Source: Octopus bimaculoides (taxonomy: Eukaryota). From it: 34,985 bases of DNA. The notes under the pieces were generated by a model that was not told the origin of the DNA, ran no database searches, and worked only from the letters and a program-made list of their open reading frames with translations. The position numbers and the translations under genes were made by a program. Shown one piece after another: positions 1 to 10,159 of the stretch; position 1 is the first letter of the stretch; every line of letters starts with the position of its first letter. Where the stretch lies: assembly GCF_001194135.2 (NCBI RefSeq), contig NC_068982.1, forward strand, positions 11,282,106 through 11,317,090. The letters run 5' to 3'.

Positions 1-125
1 AATCCACTCACGAGGCTTAGGTCGACCCAAGGCTATAGCAGACCACACTTGCCCAAGGTGCCACACAATGGGACTGAACCCAGAGCTATGTGGTTACGAA
101 GCAAGTTTCTTACCACACAGCTACA
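1..125 (-). mobile_element. 5' part of a CORE-like tRNA-derived SINE (family of 18291-18685, 21816-22183, 25873-26243)
   Basis: Near-identical to 22120-22180 and 26125-26230 (gacacttgcccaaggtgccacacaatgggactgaacc). Confidence 0.85.
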
Positions 126-820
126 CCTTTAGTACACACAGAATTATTTGCATCTCTCAAAATAATTGCCATTTTTTTTCTTTTTAATTATGTTTGAAGT
201 TGTAGCATTATGATTTTGAAAAAAGAAAAAAAAAAGCAAAGTTGCAAAATTTGTTGTTTCCAAAAGTTATAAGTTTTGTAAACAAATCTGTTGTAAATGA
301 GATTTGTAACTGATTTACAAATGCTGTTAACAGCATGGCCACAACCCACTGACAGAAACTAATAAATGTTTTGATATTTACCTCCATTTCTGATCTACTT
401 GAATAATATTCAGTCTGCAGGCATAGTTCATACTACTTATTTATTTATCATTTTTCATGTTTTGTTACTCCTGGCATCTTTTCAGTTCCAACAAAATTTC
501 AGCTGATGTCATGCCAGGAAATCAACTATTTCCTGTCTAAGGTTTTTGGTTATTTTCCTAGTTTCCTGTTATTTCTTGCTGTTATTAAATAAAGCAACTG
601 AGTGTTGAGGTTTGTCATTGGCTCAAAGCAGTTTAGCTACATTCTACAGGATTTTATCAATGATTAGGATTTAGCTTAAGCAGTATAAGCTAAAATAAGC
701 ATTCATCAGTTATATAACATCACAGGGGTCAATGATGTAATTTCTATGTGGTTGATCGACTTGCTAGAGATAACAACTAAATTTCCATGAAATTGTACTG
801 GTGTCACATAAAAATTACCC

Positions 821-1103
821 ATGTTGGTGCCATGTAAAAAGCTTCTGCATTGATACCACATGAAAGCACCCAGTACACTCTGTAGAGTGGTTGGCATTAA
901 GAAGGGCATCCAGCCACAGAAACCATGCTAAAACAGATGGTTGGAGCCTGGTGTGGTTCCCAGCCTTATCAGCTCCTGTTAAACCGACCAGCCCATGCCA
1001 GCATGGAAAATGGATGTTAAATGGTGACGATGATGACGGTGATGACAACGATGACGATGATGACGACGATGACAATGACGACGACAATGATGATAATGAT
1101 GAT
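821..1103 (+). mobile_element. SINE/LINE 3' tail with gttggcattaagaagggcatccagc motif ending in a (GAT/GAC)n microsatellite
   Basis: Same motif at 5761-6090 (-), 21258-21470 and 24372-24512. The tail resembles RTE-clade 3' ends (from memory). Confidence 0.75.
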
Positions 1104-1364
1104 GTACCTTCCTCTGAAAATAGGTGGTTAATTGGTGGTTAATTGGTGGCTTATGTAGTCTTACATGGACGATACCTGAAAACAAAAGACATGATGGCCA
1201 AGACTGGAACATATTCCTTCACTAGTTTCAGAGAATGTGTGATAGATACAGACACAGTTCCTTCCTTCAGACCAAACCAACAAAAGAAATTTTTTAAAAA
1301 TCATATATGAACTCAATCAGGATTGACCTGAGCTAAACAATTATCACTTAATATTTCACTGCTT

Positions 1365-1751
1365 GTGGAGGCGCAATGGCCCAGTGGTTATGGCAATGGA
1401 CTCGCAGTCGTAGGATCGCGGTTTCGATTCCCAGACTGGGCGTTGTGAGTGTCTATTGAGCAAAAACACCTAAAGCTTCATGAGGCTCCGGCAGGGAGTG
1501 GTGGCGAACCCTGCTGTATTCTTTCACCACAACTTTCTCTCACTCTTTCTTCCTGTTTCTGTTGTGCCTGTATTTCAAAGGGTCAGCCTTGTCACACTGC
1601 GTCACGCTGAATATCCCCCGAGAACTACGTTAAGAGTACATGTGTCTGTGGTGTGCTCAGCCACTTGCACATTAATTTCATGAGGAGGCTGTTCCATTGA
1701 TCGGATCAACTGGAACCCTCGACGTCGTAAGCAACGGAGTGACAACAAAAG
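1365..1751 (+). mobile_element. Full-length tRNA-derived SINE (head A + tail X)
   Basis: A box TGGCCCAGTGG (1377-1387), B box GGTTTCGATTCC (1420-1431), perfect 12-bp TSD ATTTCACTGCTT (1353-1364 / 1752-1763). Confidence 0.92.
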
Positions 1752-1893
1752 ATTTCACTGCTTACAGCAATGACCTGTAACTGCTATATAATATCTGCAT
1801 ACATCTTGTGGGAGATGTACATTAATTAGTTTTAGGGTTGGTAGGTCAATACGCTAAAGATCGGTCGACTATGAGACTCCACTGTAATTTATA

Positions 1894-2110
1894 TTTTACT
1901 TGTTTCAGTTGTTAGAGTGTGGCCATGCTGGAGCACAACTTTGAAGAATTTCTTCGTTGAATGAATCAACCCCAGTACCTTTTTCTCTTTAAAGACAAGT
2001 ACTTATTCAACCAGTCTCATTTGTTGAACCGCTAGGTTATGGGGGATGTAAACAAACCAACATCAGTTGTCAAGTGGTGATGGGGAACAAACATAAACAC
2101 AAAAACGCCC
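1894..2110 (-). mobile_element. 3' half of a CORE-like SINE
   Basis: Matches 25884-26070 (ttttacttgtttcagt...ggccatgctggagcac...ccgctaagttatgggga). Confidence 0.8.
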
Positions 2111-2746
2111 ACACATAGTTATATGTATATATATTTATATGTACACATAAATGTGTGTATGGGCGGTGTATATATAAAAGAAGGAAAGAAAATGGAGATA
2201 AACAAGTGGTGGTGGTGGTGAACAAGTTTGTCATTCTCCCTCATAACTTGATGTATTCTGAACCGAACAAAATAATTATTTTCCAGGACAAAATACTATG
2301 GATGATAATATTTTTAAATGCTGAGTTTACTATGTCGAGATAGAGTGTATATGTCTCTATGTGTCTGTGTGTCTGTGACTGTGTTTCTGTAACATAGGAT
2401 TAAATATTTTCATGATAATTACAATTTCAAATAAAAAATATTATTGATATATGGGAAATGTAAATTTGCAATGCAATTAATTATTTAACTATTTCATAAT
2501 AACTTGAAATATTTCATACATTAAAATATATAGTCATGTCATGGTACAGATTAAAATGTCAAAATTAATTTCATTTATTGAAGTTTTTTTTTTTATTTTA
2601 AGTGGAAAAAAAAATTTAACAAGTGTTTCTACAACTGCAGTGTATTGATATCAAAGTGAGTTTTTAATCTGTTGGTTTAACAAGGATTAGTAATTAATTA
2701 GTAGGATGGAAGTGATAAATGTATTTTTATTCGTTGTTGTTCCCAG

Positions 2747-2772
2747 ATGAAAGACCAGAACATTTTGAAGTT
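2747..2772 (+). CDS. PEBP: PEBP gene, 26-nt coding microexon ((D)ERPEHFEV)
   Basis: Acceptor ttgttcccag| and donor |gtaaat. Phase 1 in, phase 0 out, joining the next exon in frame. DERPEHFEV-VRY aligns without gaps to human RKIP DEQPQHPLHVTY (recalled from memory). Confidence 0.75.
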
Positions 2773-3188
2773 GTAAATATTTTATGCAATCATTTCATCA
2801 TTATTAATATCAATTAGGAGAATACATTTTCTAATTGTGTAACACAAAAAGTACTTGCACTTTGACTTATGGATCAAAAGCTTGTATTTTATCAGAAGCA
2901 TTGTTGTGCACCCTTGAGCAAGATCTCTGCTTGCATGTCTCTACTTGTTTTAATTACCAAGCTGTGAATTGTGTACTTTATGGTAGAATGTCAAACTAAC
3001 AATGTACAAATAGTTGCATAGGTTACAATTCTAAGGGAAAATTCTATTAAATTATAATGATACAATAACATAAATGCGAAGAGAGGAATGTAGATATCCA
3101 CATAGCCATTTCACCTTTTATAATTTCTAATTATATGATAATATGGTTTGTAAAAGTTTATAATGAACATTTTCATCTTAATTCTCAG

Positions 3189-3309
3189 GTTCGTTATGAC
3201 AATGTAGAAATTGAACCAGGAATGACAATTACACCCTCTCAGTCAAGAAATCCACCTAAAATTTTATTTGATTCCCACCCAAGAGAGTATTATACACTCA
3301 TAATGAATG
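3189..3309 (+). CDS. PEBP: PEBP gene coding exon VRYDNVEIEPGMTITPSQSRNPPKILFDSHPREYYTLIMN
   Basis: Acceptor attctcag|, donor G|gtaagt, 121 nt (phase 0 to 1). Matches the PEBP TPxQ...P...YTLxM segment that precedes DPDxP. Confidence 0.93.
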
Positions 3310-3334
3310 GTAAGTAATATTATATCTGAATAAG

Positions 3335-3540
3335 TAAGGCAGAGAACTGTTAGCAAGATTGTTAACAAGTGAAATGCTTAGCAGCATTCCATGTTTAACA
3401 CTCCTGCCAAGGTCAGCTTTGCCTTTCAGCCTTTCAGGGTTGATAAAATAAATACCAGTTAAACACTGGGGTTGATGAAATCAACTTAACTCTGACCTCG
3501 AAATTGCTGGTTTTGCACCAAAATTTGAAACTAGCATTAC
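3335..3540 (+). mobile_element. Diverged tRNA-derived SINE (family of 3900-4112)
   Basis: Shares aaatgcttagc...gcctttcatcctttc.gggt.gataaa.taa.taccag...actggggttgat with 3900-4112. Confidence 0.7.
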
Positions 3541-3899
3541 ATTTGAATAAAAACAGATATAAATAAAAGATCCCAAGTCTTCAGTGGACCACTCAAGAAC
3601 TGGTGCTCATCTCCAGTTGTATAATATGAAATTGGTGAGATGCAAATCTTCTACTGAACAAGCTGTCAATCTACTGCAGATTTGTTATAGATTTAAATTT
3701 CCAGATGAACTGGCATTTATTTCTAACAGAATGGTAAATCATAGAACATAACTGTACAACAAACACTTCTGATACTAACTTGCTGTAGGTTTTATCATGC
3801 ACAAAAAATACTCTCATTTTAAAGTTTTAATCAGCTTTATTTTACATCCAACTTCCTATGCTGGTATGAGTTAGAAGATTCTCATAATGTCTTGCTACA

Positions 3900-4112
3900 G
3901 CAGCAAACTGGCAGAATCATTAGCACACTGAGCGAAATGCTTCGGGGTATTTCGTCTGTCTTCACATTCTGAATTCAAATTCACTGATGTCGACTTTGCT
4001 TTTCATCCTTTTGGGGTTGTTAAATTAAGCACCAGGGAAACACTGGGGTTGATGTAATCGACTAGTCCCCTCCCCCAAAATTTCAAGCCTTGTGCCTTTA
4101 ATAGAAAGGATT
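3900..4112 (+). mobile_element. tRNA-derived SINE, interrupted at its 3' end by a younger SINE
   Basis: Pol III-like head. The (ATT)n tail resumes after the insertion at ~4470-4490. Confidence 0.75.
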
Positions 4113-4455
4113 GGGTGATCCCTTTCGGTCATGAATGTCTATAGGATTGCACCTAGAAAGTTACCCTCCAAGGCACAAGTCCAGGCAAGGTTGTTTTATA
4201 GAAGACCAGCAATTGCCCATGCATACTAGCCTCCCCCTCTCTATGCCACCAGTGTTATCCAAGGGAAAGGCAAAGGGGCTGATACAGCTTGGCACCAGTG
4301 ACGTCGCAACTCATTTCAATAGCTGAGTGAACTGGAGCAATGTGAAATAAAGTGTCTTGCTCAAGAACACAACACGCAGCCCGGTCCAGGAATCAAACTC
4401 ACAACCTAATGATTGCAAGCACAATGCTCTAACCACTAAGCCATGCACCTTCACA
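4113..4455 (-). mobile_element. Full-length CORE-like SINE (head B + tail Y)
   Basis: A/B boxes on the - strand, highly similar to 11312-11655. TSD TAATAGAAAGGATT (4099-4112) / TAGTAGAAAGGATT (4456-4469). Confidence 0.9.
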
Positions 4456-4765
4456 TAGTAGAAAGGATTATCATTATTATTATTATTATTGCCTATTTTC
4501 ACAGTTAGGTGCCCATCCTCTCACCAAACACTTTAAAATTTTATGAGAGCAATAACACTAATTGAAAACAGGTATAGCATTATGGCAGTGGGGGTTTGTC
4601 CATATATGGAATTCTGAAATCATTTGATACAAAAATAAATTCCAGGGTCGAAAATTAAAACATCAGAATTCCTTTCTCAATAAAAATATTGTCAAAGTTT
4701 TCTCTTCTATTTTACTGTTGAATATTTTTCTCCATCTATTTCATTGTGTTGCAATCTATAAACAG

Positions 4766-4903
4766 ATCCAGATTCTCCAAGTCGAAATGATCCCAAGTTT
4801 AGTGAGTTTCACCATTGGCTTGTGGTCAATATCCGTGAAGGGGATGTCTCTAAAGGGGAGACGATGTCTGAATATATTGGACCACTGCCAGGAAAAGGTT
4901 CAG
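4766..4903 (+). CDS. PEBP: PEBP gene coding exon (D)PDSPSRNDPKFSEFHHWLVVNIREGDVSKGETMSEYIGPLPGKGS(G)
   Basis: Acceptor aaacag|, donor G|gttggt, 138 nt (phase 1 to 1). Contains the hallmark DPDxP and HHWLVVNI motifs. Confidence 0.95.
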
Positions 4904-4957
4904 GTTGGTATCAGAATTTTAATATATAACAGTGCAATGTTCTAATATAATGCAGTA

Positions 4958-5378
4958 TGGTACAATATGGTGCCTACATCAGTGGCGTGGTACAATATGG
5001 TGCCTACATCAGTGGCATGGTACAATATGGTGCCTACATCAGTGGTGTGGTACAATATGGTGCCTACATCAGTGGTGTGGTACAATATGGTGCCTACATC
5101 AGTGGCGTGGTACAATATGGTGCCTACACCAGTGGCGTGGTACAATATGGTGCCTACATCAGTGGCGTGGTACAATATGGTGCCTACATCAGTGGCGTGG
5201 TACAATATGGTGCCTCCATCAGTGGTGTGGTACAATATGGTGCCTCCATCAGTGGTGTGGTACAATATGGTGTCTACATCAGTGGCGTGGTACAATATGG
5301 TGCCTCCATCAGTGGCGTGGTACAATATGGTGCCTACATCAGTGGCGTGGTACAATATGGTGCCTACATCAATGGCAT
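4958..5378. repeat. 30-bp minisatellite, ~14 copies (tggtacaatatggtgcctacatcagtggcg), in the PEBP intron
   Basis: Head-to-tail units with no spacers. It explains the four repetitive ORFs at 4932-5482. Confidence 0.98.
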
Positions 5379-5760
5379 GCCATAAAAGAGAGAGTAAGTC
5401 GTCCCTTTTATTCATAGACTTGGGTGACACCTTGAGCAAGTACTCACAACCCTTTAACCTTCCCAAGGCAGAGGATTCCTAGACCAACAGCTTGAAGGTT
5501 TTTGCAACCAAGAGGAAGACTTGTGCCATCAAACAATGGTCAGACATCAACTAGCAAGTGAGCTGCTACTATAGAGCAGCCTCATCATTGGCCATGCTTG
5601 TTGCACTCTTGTACCCCACTTGGTACTTGGTGTGGGGCCCAGAGTGGCAATCTGGTAGGGGACAATGCAACTGTCTTACTCACCATCCAAGGTGTTTTGT
5701 TCTTGAACGGAACAATCAATGTCGAGCTTTGAAAGACAACCGCCAAGGATACAACAGAGC

Positions 5761-6090
5761 ATCATCATCATCATCATCATCATCATTGTCATCGTTTAAT
5801 GTCTGCCTTCCCTGCTAGCATGGGTGGGACAGTACCACAAAAGCCAGCCAGGCCGAAGCCTGCACCAGACTTCTGTGACAGTTTTGGCAGGATTTTTACA
5901 GCTGGATGCCCTTCCTAACACCAACCACTCAGCAGAGTGGAGTTAGTGCTTTTCATGCACAGGCAAGGTGAGTAATGCTTTTTATGTGACACAAGCACTG
6001 GCGAGGTCAGTTTTGGCAAGGTTTTTACAGCTGGATGCCCTTCCAAACACCAACCACTTTACAGTGAGGACTGAGTGCTTTTAAGTGGCA
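5761..6090 (-). mobile_element. RTE-tail-type SINE with (CAT)n end and an internal duplication
   Basis: Reverse complement of the 821-1103 family. The motif tttttacagctggatgcccttcc.aacaccaaccac occurs twice, ~130 bp apart. Confidence 0.75.
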
Positions 6091-6319
6091 CCTGGATTCA
6101 TTTGTATACTTCATTAAAATTTCATGACTTACATTTCTGAGTTCAAATAACAGTGAAGTTGATATTGCAATTCATTTCTTCTGGGTCAAACTGTTTGAAA
6201 CTGGTTATTTAGTTATGAATAATGCTTACAATATGTCTAGGTCACAGCCAAAGTAAAACAAGCCTCTATGTCAAGTGTGGGCCAAGATGCTGTATTCAGC
6301 TCTTTAATAGTTTTGAATG

Positions 6320-6500
6320 GTAAAATGGTGAGCTAGGAGAATCATGACTGCACTAGACAAAATGCTTAGCAGTATTTCTTTTAATTTAATGCCACCAGGG
6401 TCAACTTTAACATTCATACCTTTGACATGAATACTAGGGTCAAAATAACCAACTTATTCCTCCTACAAAATTCCTGGCCTTGAGCCAAAATTAGAAACCA
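6320..6500 (+). mobile_element. Degraded copy of the 3900-4112 SINE family
   Basis: Shares aaaatgcttagcagtatttc and aaaattcctggccttgagccaaaattagaaac motifs. Confidence 0.55.
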
Positions 6501-6662
6501 ATAATTTTGAATGACATGCATAATGTCATGAGTATATAATTATAATTACTTTTTTCGAAAATTTCGTGCCCTATTCATTAAGTCTAATCTTGTTAATTTG
6601 AATATTTTCATTTAATTTCTTTTTCTATTTTTCCTTCTTGGAGCAGCCAGTGAAACAAGTTA

Positions 6663-7003
6663 CCATATTTGATGGCCTATAAGACGCACCTTTTTTTTAC
6701 CCAAAAATGGCTTTAAAAATCCCCCTGCATCCAATGCACTCAATGTAGGCTCAAAACTCACTCAAAACGGTATGTGTGTTTATAATATGTGTGCTGCCAT
6801 CTATTGGTGAACAATCGCCTACAGTATGTTTATATCGAATGAGGAAGCAATAAATTGCTTATAATTACCGGTTATAACATAAAGTTATACAGGTAAGTGG
6901 AGGATTTAAAACATTGTTTTAGTGGTAATTTATTTTATAAAAGAATAGCCTAGGCTAGGGTGCATTATATGCACTTGTGCATCTTATAGGCCATCAAATA
7001 TGG
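6663..7003. mobile_element. MITE with 27-bp TIRs and TA target duplication (Tc1/mariner superfamily, Tc2/pogo-like ends)
   Basis: CCATATTTGATGGCCTATAAGACGCAC (6663-6689) versus its reverse complement at 6977-7003 with 1 mismatch. TA at 6661-6662 and 7004-7005. Confidence 0.9.
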
Positions 7004-7744
7004 TACAATATCAATTGTGTTATTATTTAAGTGATGTATCTTGATTTATGATAAATAATATCTCATTAATTATTAAATTTTCGTGTCTAGAAAATGGTTG
7101 CTTCTGCCAGAATAAAGTCCTTTTATGGTGCAGCTTATTATCTTCAGTGTCCTCATCGTTATAATTAAGGAATTTTACCATTAACATTCCTTGTAAATAA
7201 ATCACTTGCCCCACTCATTTCATACACACGCACGCACACACACTACATACATATATATGAACATGTCTAGATATGCAATTATATGCATGAGAATACATAC
7301 ATAAAACAAAACATACAAATCTACACGTATACATACATACAAACAAAAATAGCTTCTTGCTGATATTGAAATTGCAGTGAAGGAACTTTGAATCTAGGTT
7401 AGAAACTGGTTCTTTTTTGGGCAAGAAATCTTGAAATAAAACTGAGCAATGACATACATACACACATGCATGCATACACGCATGCATACATACATACATA
7501 CATACATACATAAATACATATGCATACGCCTAGACATGAAAATATACACATAAAAACGCATCCATAAAACAAACATACAAATCTGCGCATACAATAACAC
7601 CAAATACTGCACACACATACACACACACATATGCACAAATACCTAGATAATGTTGATAAAAGTTCCCATGAAAGAGCCTTGAATCTATGTTAGAGTCCGG
7701 CTCTTTCTCTATGGACAAGAAATACAGAAATGAAACTGATTGAT

Positions 7745-7771
7745 AACATACATACATACATACATACATAC

Positions 7772-7802
<31 letters not shown>

Positions 7803-7851
7803 CATACATACGTGCATACATACATACATACATACATACATACATACATAC
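7745..7851. repeat. (CATA)n microsatellite, possibly the tail of the adjacent LINE remnant
   Basis: Direct reading of the sequence. Confidence 0.95.
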
Positions 7852-8372
7852 ATGATGGTTGCTTACTCTTTATGCAGAGTCTGACCATCTCCTGTACCTA
7901 CACCTTAGATCCATCATGGCTTCTGATGTGGCTTTTTAAACTAGACAATGTTCTGAAAAGACACCCACATAGATTGCATATCTGATTTGGATCACCGTGA
8001 GCTGCAGATATGTTCTGATCTTTGTGGATTTTAAAAATGTCTTTTGAGGCCTCCATTAGATCTTCAGGCTTTATGGCATACACAGTATTGGTAGGTTTTC
8101 ACAGATAGTTGGTGGAGGTTTGTTTTCCATGGCTCCACAAATGAGATTTGAGCCCAGCAAAAGAAAGGCATGATCTGTCACAAATTGTGCACATAAAAAG
8201 GTGGATGGGATTTATTTTCTTGGTGATCGTAGTATTTTTCTTTAAATTTCTTTTGAGTTTCACACGGGTCATCCTAGTTTCTACAAAAGCTTTCACTCCA
8301 TTCCACACCTTTGTTCGCCATCCAGCACAATCTGAAGCAAAGGTTTCTATGGCCTTTCCAAGTGACTTTATG
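7852..8372 (-). mobile_element. 5'-truncated RTE-like LINE remnant: ORF2 C-terminus with two C2H2 zinc fingers, disrupted
   Basis: ETFASDCAGWRTKVWNGVKAF resembles the RTE W..LA.DR..WR motif. It is followed by CTICDRSCLSFAGLKSHLWSH and, after a stop and frame change, CNLCGCLFRTLSSLKSHIRSH. Confidence 0.75.
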
Positions 8373-8559
8373 TTAATCTATCTATTTATCTAAGTGCGTG
8401 TATGTGCATATGTGTACATGTGTGTGTAAGTATGTGTGTGTGTATATAATATATATGTACGTATATATACATATGTATGTATGTATACGTACACACACAT
8501 GCACACACATATACATAGGTATTCATTTTTATAGTCTTACTTTCGTTTAATCCATTCAG

Positions 8560-8786
8560 GCCACCACCGTTACGTATTCGTGTTATACAAACAACCTAAT
8601 GGCAGAATGGACTTTCCTGGACTGAAAAAATTAACAAACAACAGTGCAGAAGGTAGACCTAACTACAGGATGAGAGATTTTGCTCGTAAATACCATCTGC
8701 AGGATGCAATCTATGGGAACTTTTTTCAGGCTGAATGGGATGAAAGTGTACCCAAGCTGCAGGAACAAATTAAAATGCAAAGCTAA
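8560..8786 (+). CDS. PEBP: PEBP gene last coding exon (G)HHRYVFVLYKQP...GNFFQAEWDESVPKLQEQIKMQS*
   Basis: Acceptor tccattcag|, phase 1 matches the previous exon. Contains GxHRY and GNFFQAEWD motifs and ends in TAA. Confidence 0.95.
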
Positions 8787-8857
8787 ATATTGATTTGATA
8801 TAAGAACAGTCAAAAAGAACATTACTTTCAGTTGTTACTAACGAAAAAAATACAAAA

Positions 8858-8936
8858 AATAAAATTTTAATGATTTTTAAGCTACTAAAATATATTTTGC
8901 TCATTATAAATGTCACAGGAAACACTATACAATAAA
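8858..8936 (+). promoter_or_regulatory. Candidate polyadenylation signals of the PEBP gene (AATAAA at 8858-8863 and 8931-8936)
   Basis: Canonical hexamers 70-150 nt after the stop codon. The hexamer is common in AT-rich DNA, so this is not decisive. Confidence 0.45.
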
Positions 8937-9093
8937 GAGAAATATGTTTTGAAGTAAGAAGATACTTTTAACTGTTTAATTCACTTCTAGCAATTCGCAT
9001 TAAAATATTTGCACATTAGACAAAATACTTTACAGAACATTAACTATAAATATTCATTTGGCAAAAAATGTATTTCGTTTTCTCCAAGTTCTG

Positions 9094-9303
9094 TAACCCT
9101 TTAACATTCATATTACTCTGGCAAACATGATACTTATTCATTCAAATCATTTTAAATTAATCATACATTATCTCAAAACTTGATTGTATATTTTTAGAAT
9201 GACATTGTAGGGTAGGCGTGAGAGGCTGGATCTGGCCAGTTTGAGCATAAAAGAGGTAGAATATTTGATTCTGGATATGGCCACATTAAATGCTAAATGG
9301 TTA
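9094..9303. mobile_element. MITE with short TIRs (taaccctttaacatt / aatgctaaatggtta), piggyBac-like ends
   Basis: Terminal inverted repeats. A diverged second copy lies at ~23568-23792. Confidence 0.6.
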
Positions 9304-9705
9304 GAACCATTCTACCAGGGACAAACCTCTTTTGGTTCTTTGATTCAAAGTAGCCAGTTACAAAATGTTTGTCTCAATATTAAATCTTTCCATAATAGTT
9401 TTTTTTAATTTTTATTTTTTTCTAAGAACCCTCTGTTAATTAATATTCTAAACACCAATTTGAGATAGAAATAAATGTAAAAATTAATTATTTGACTAAA
9501 TCCCTTGAAATTCTTGATTATTTTCAAAATTGATGAACTTTCACAGGTATGCAGCATAAATCATTTGAAATACAGTTATGAAAAGCTTAACTAGATTTCA
9601 TAAAGGCAATAATCACCATAAAAGTCCAGCTGTAGTGTCTCTATATGCAGACACATGTCCTTTCTCTTCTTCACAGATGTACGGTTTTAATGCTTAACTC
9701 TATCA

Positions 9706-10025
9706 TGGAGGTGCAATGGCTCAGTGGTTAGGGCAGCAGACTCGCGGTCGGAGGATCACGGTTTCGATTCCCAGACCGGGTGTTGTGTGTGTTTTTTGAG
9801 TGAAAATACCTAAAGCTCCATGAGGTTCCGGCAGGGTGTGGTGGCGACCCCTGTTGTACTCTTACACCCCAACTTTCTCTCATTCTTTCTTCCTGTTTCT
9901 TGAGTAACGCTGTGATGGACTGGTGCCCCGTCTAGCTGGGGGGGTGGGACACATATACCATAGAAATCGGGAAACCAGGCCCATGAGCCTGGCTAGGCTT
10001 TGAAAGGGCACATAAAAAAAAAATA
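9706..10025 (+). mobile_element. Full-length tRNA-derived SINE (head A + Meta-domain-like tail, poly-A end)
   Basis: First ~195 bp match 1365-1560, then the sequence diverges. TSD TTAACTCTATCA (9694-9705) / TTAATTCTATCA (10026-10037). Confidence 0.9.
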
Positions 10026-10079
10026 TTAATTCTATCAGCAATCAATAAAAGGTATCTATACAGGTAAAATATGTCAGCC

Positions 10080-10159
10080 CATTCTCTCCCTCTCTTTCCC
10101 TTTCTCCCTCCTGTTCTTTCTCACCCATTCTTTCTCTCTCTTTCTCTTTCTCCCCACCC

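Noticed and set aside
815-1212. Asp/Ser/His-rich ORFs
   Set aside because: They are translations of a (GAT/GAC)n SINE tail.
1365-1440. tRNA genes at SINE heads (also 9706, 4380-4455, 11580-11655)
   Set aside because: A/B boxes are present, but each continues into a SINE body with TSDs and I saw no complete cloverleaf.
4958-5378. CRISPR-like array or repetitive protein ORFs
   Set aside because: The units are contiguous with no unique spacers and there are no cas genes. The array lies in a PEBP intron and the ORFs simply follow the 30-bp period.
5400-5760. Shared motifs with 26480-26600 (cagaggattc..agaccaa; gcaag.tgagctgcta)
   Set aside because: The matches are short and in inconsistent orientation, so homology cannot be established by eye.
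7215-7985. MYVC/HTYI repeat ORFs
   Set aside because: They are translations of (CATA)n microsatellites.
9548-9677. Apparent + strand intron (cag|gtatgc...ttcacag|) downstream of PEBP
   Set aside because: It lies after the PEBP stop codon and the flanking frames are short and unrecognisable.
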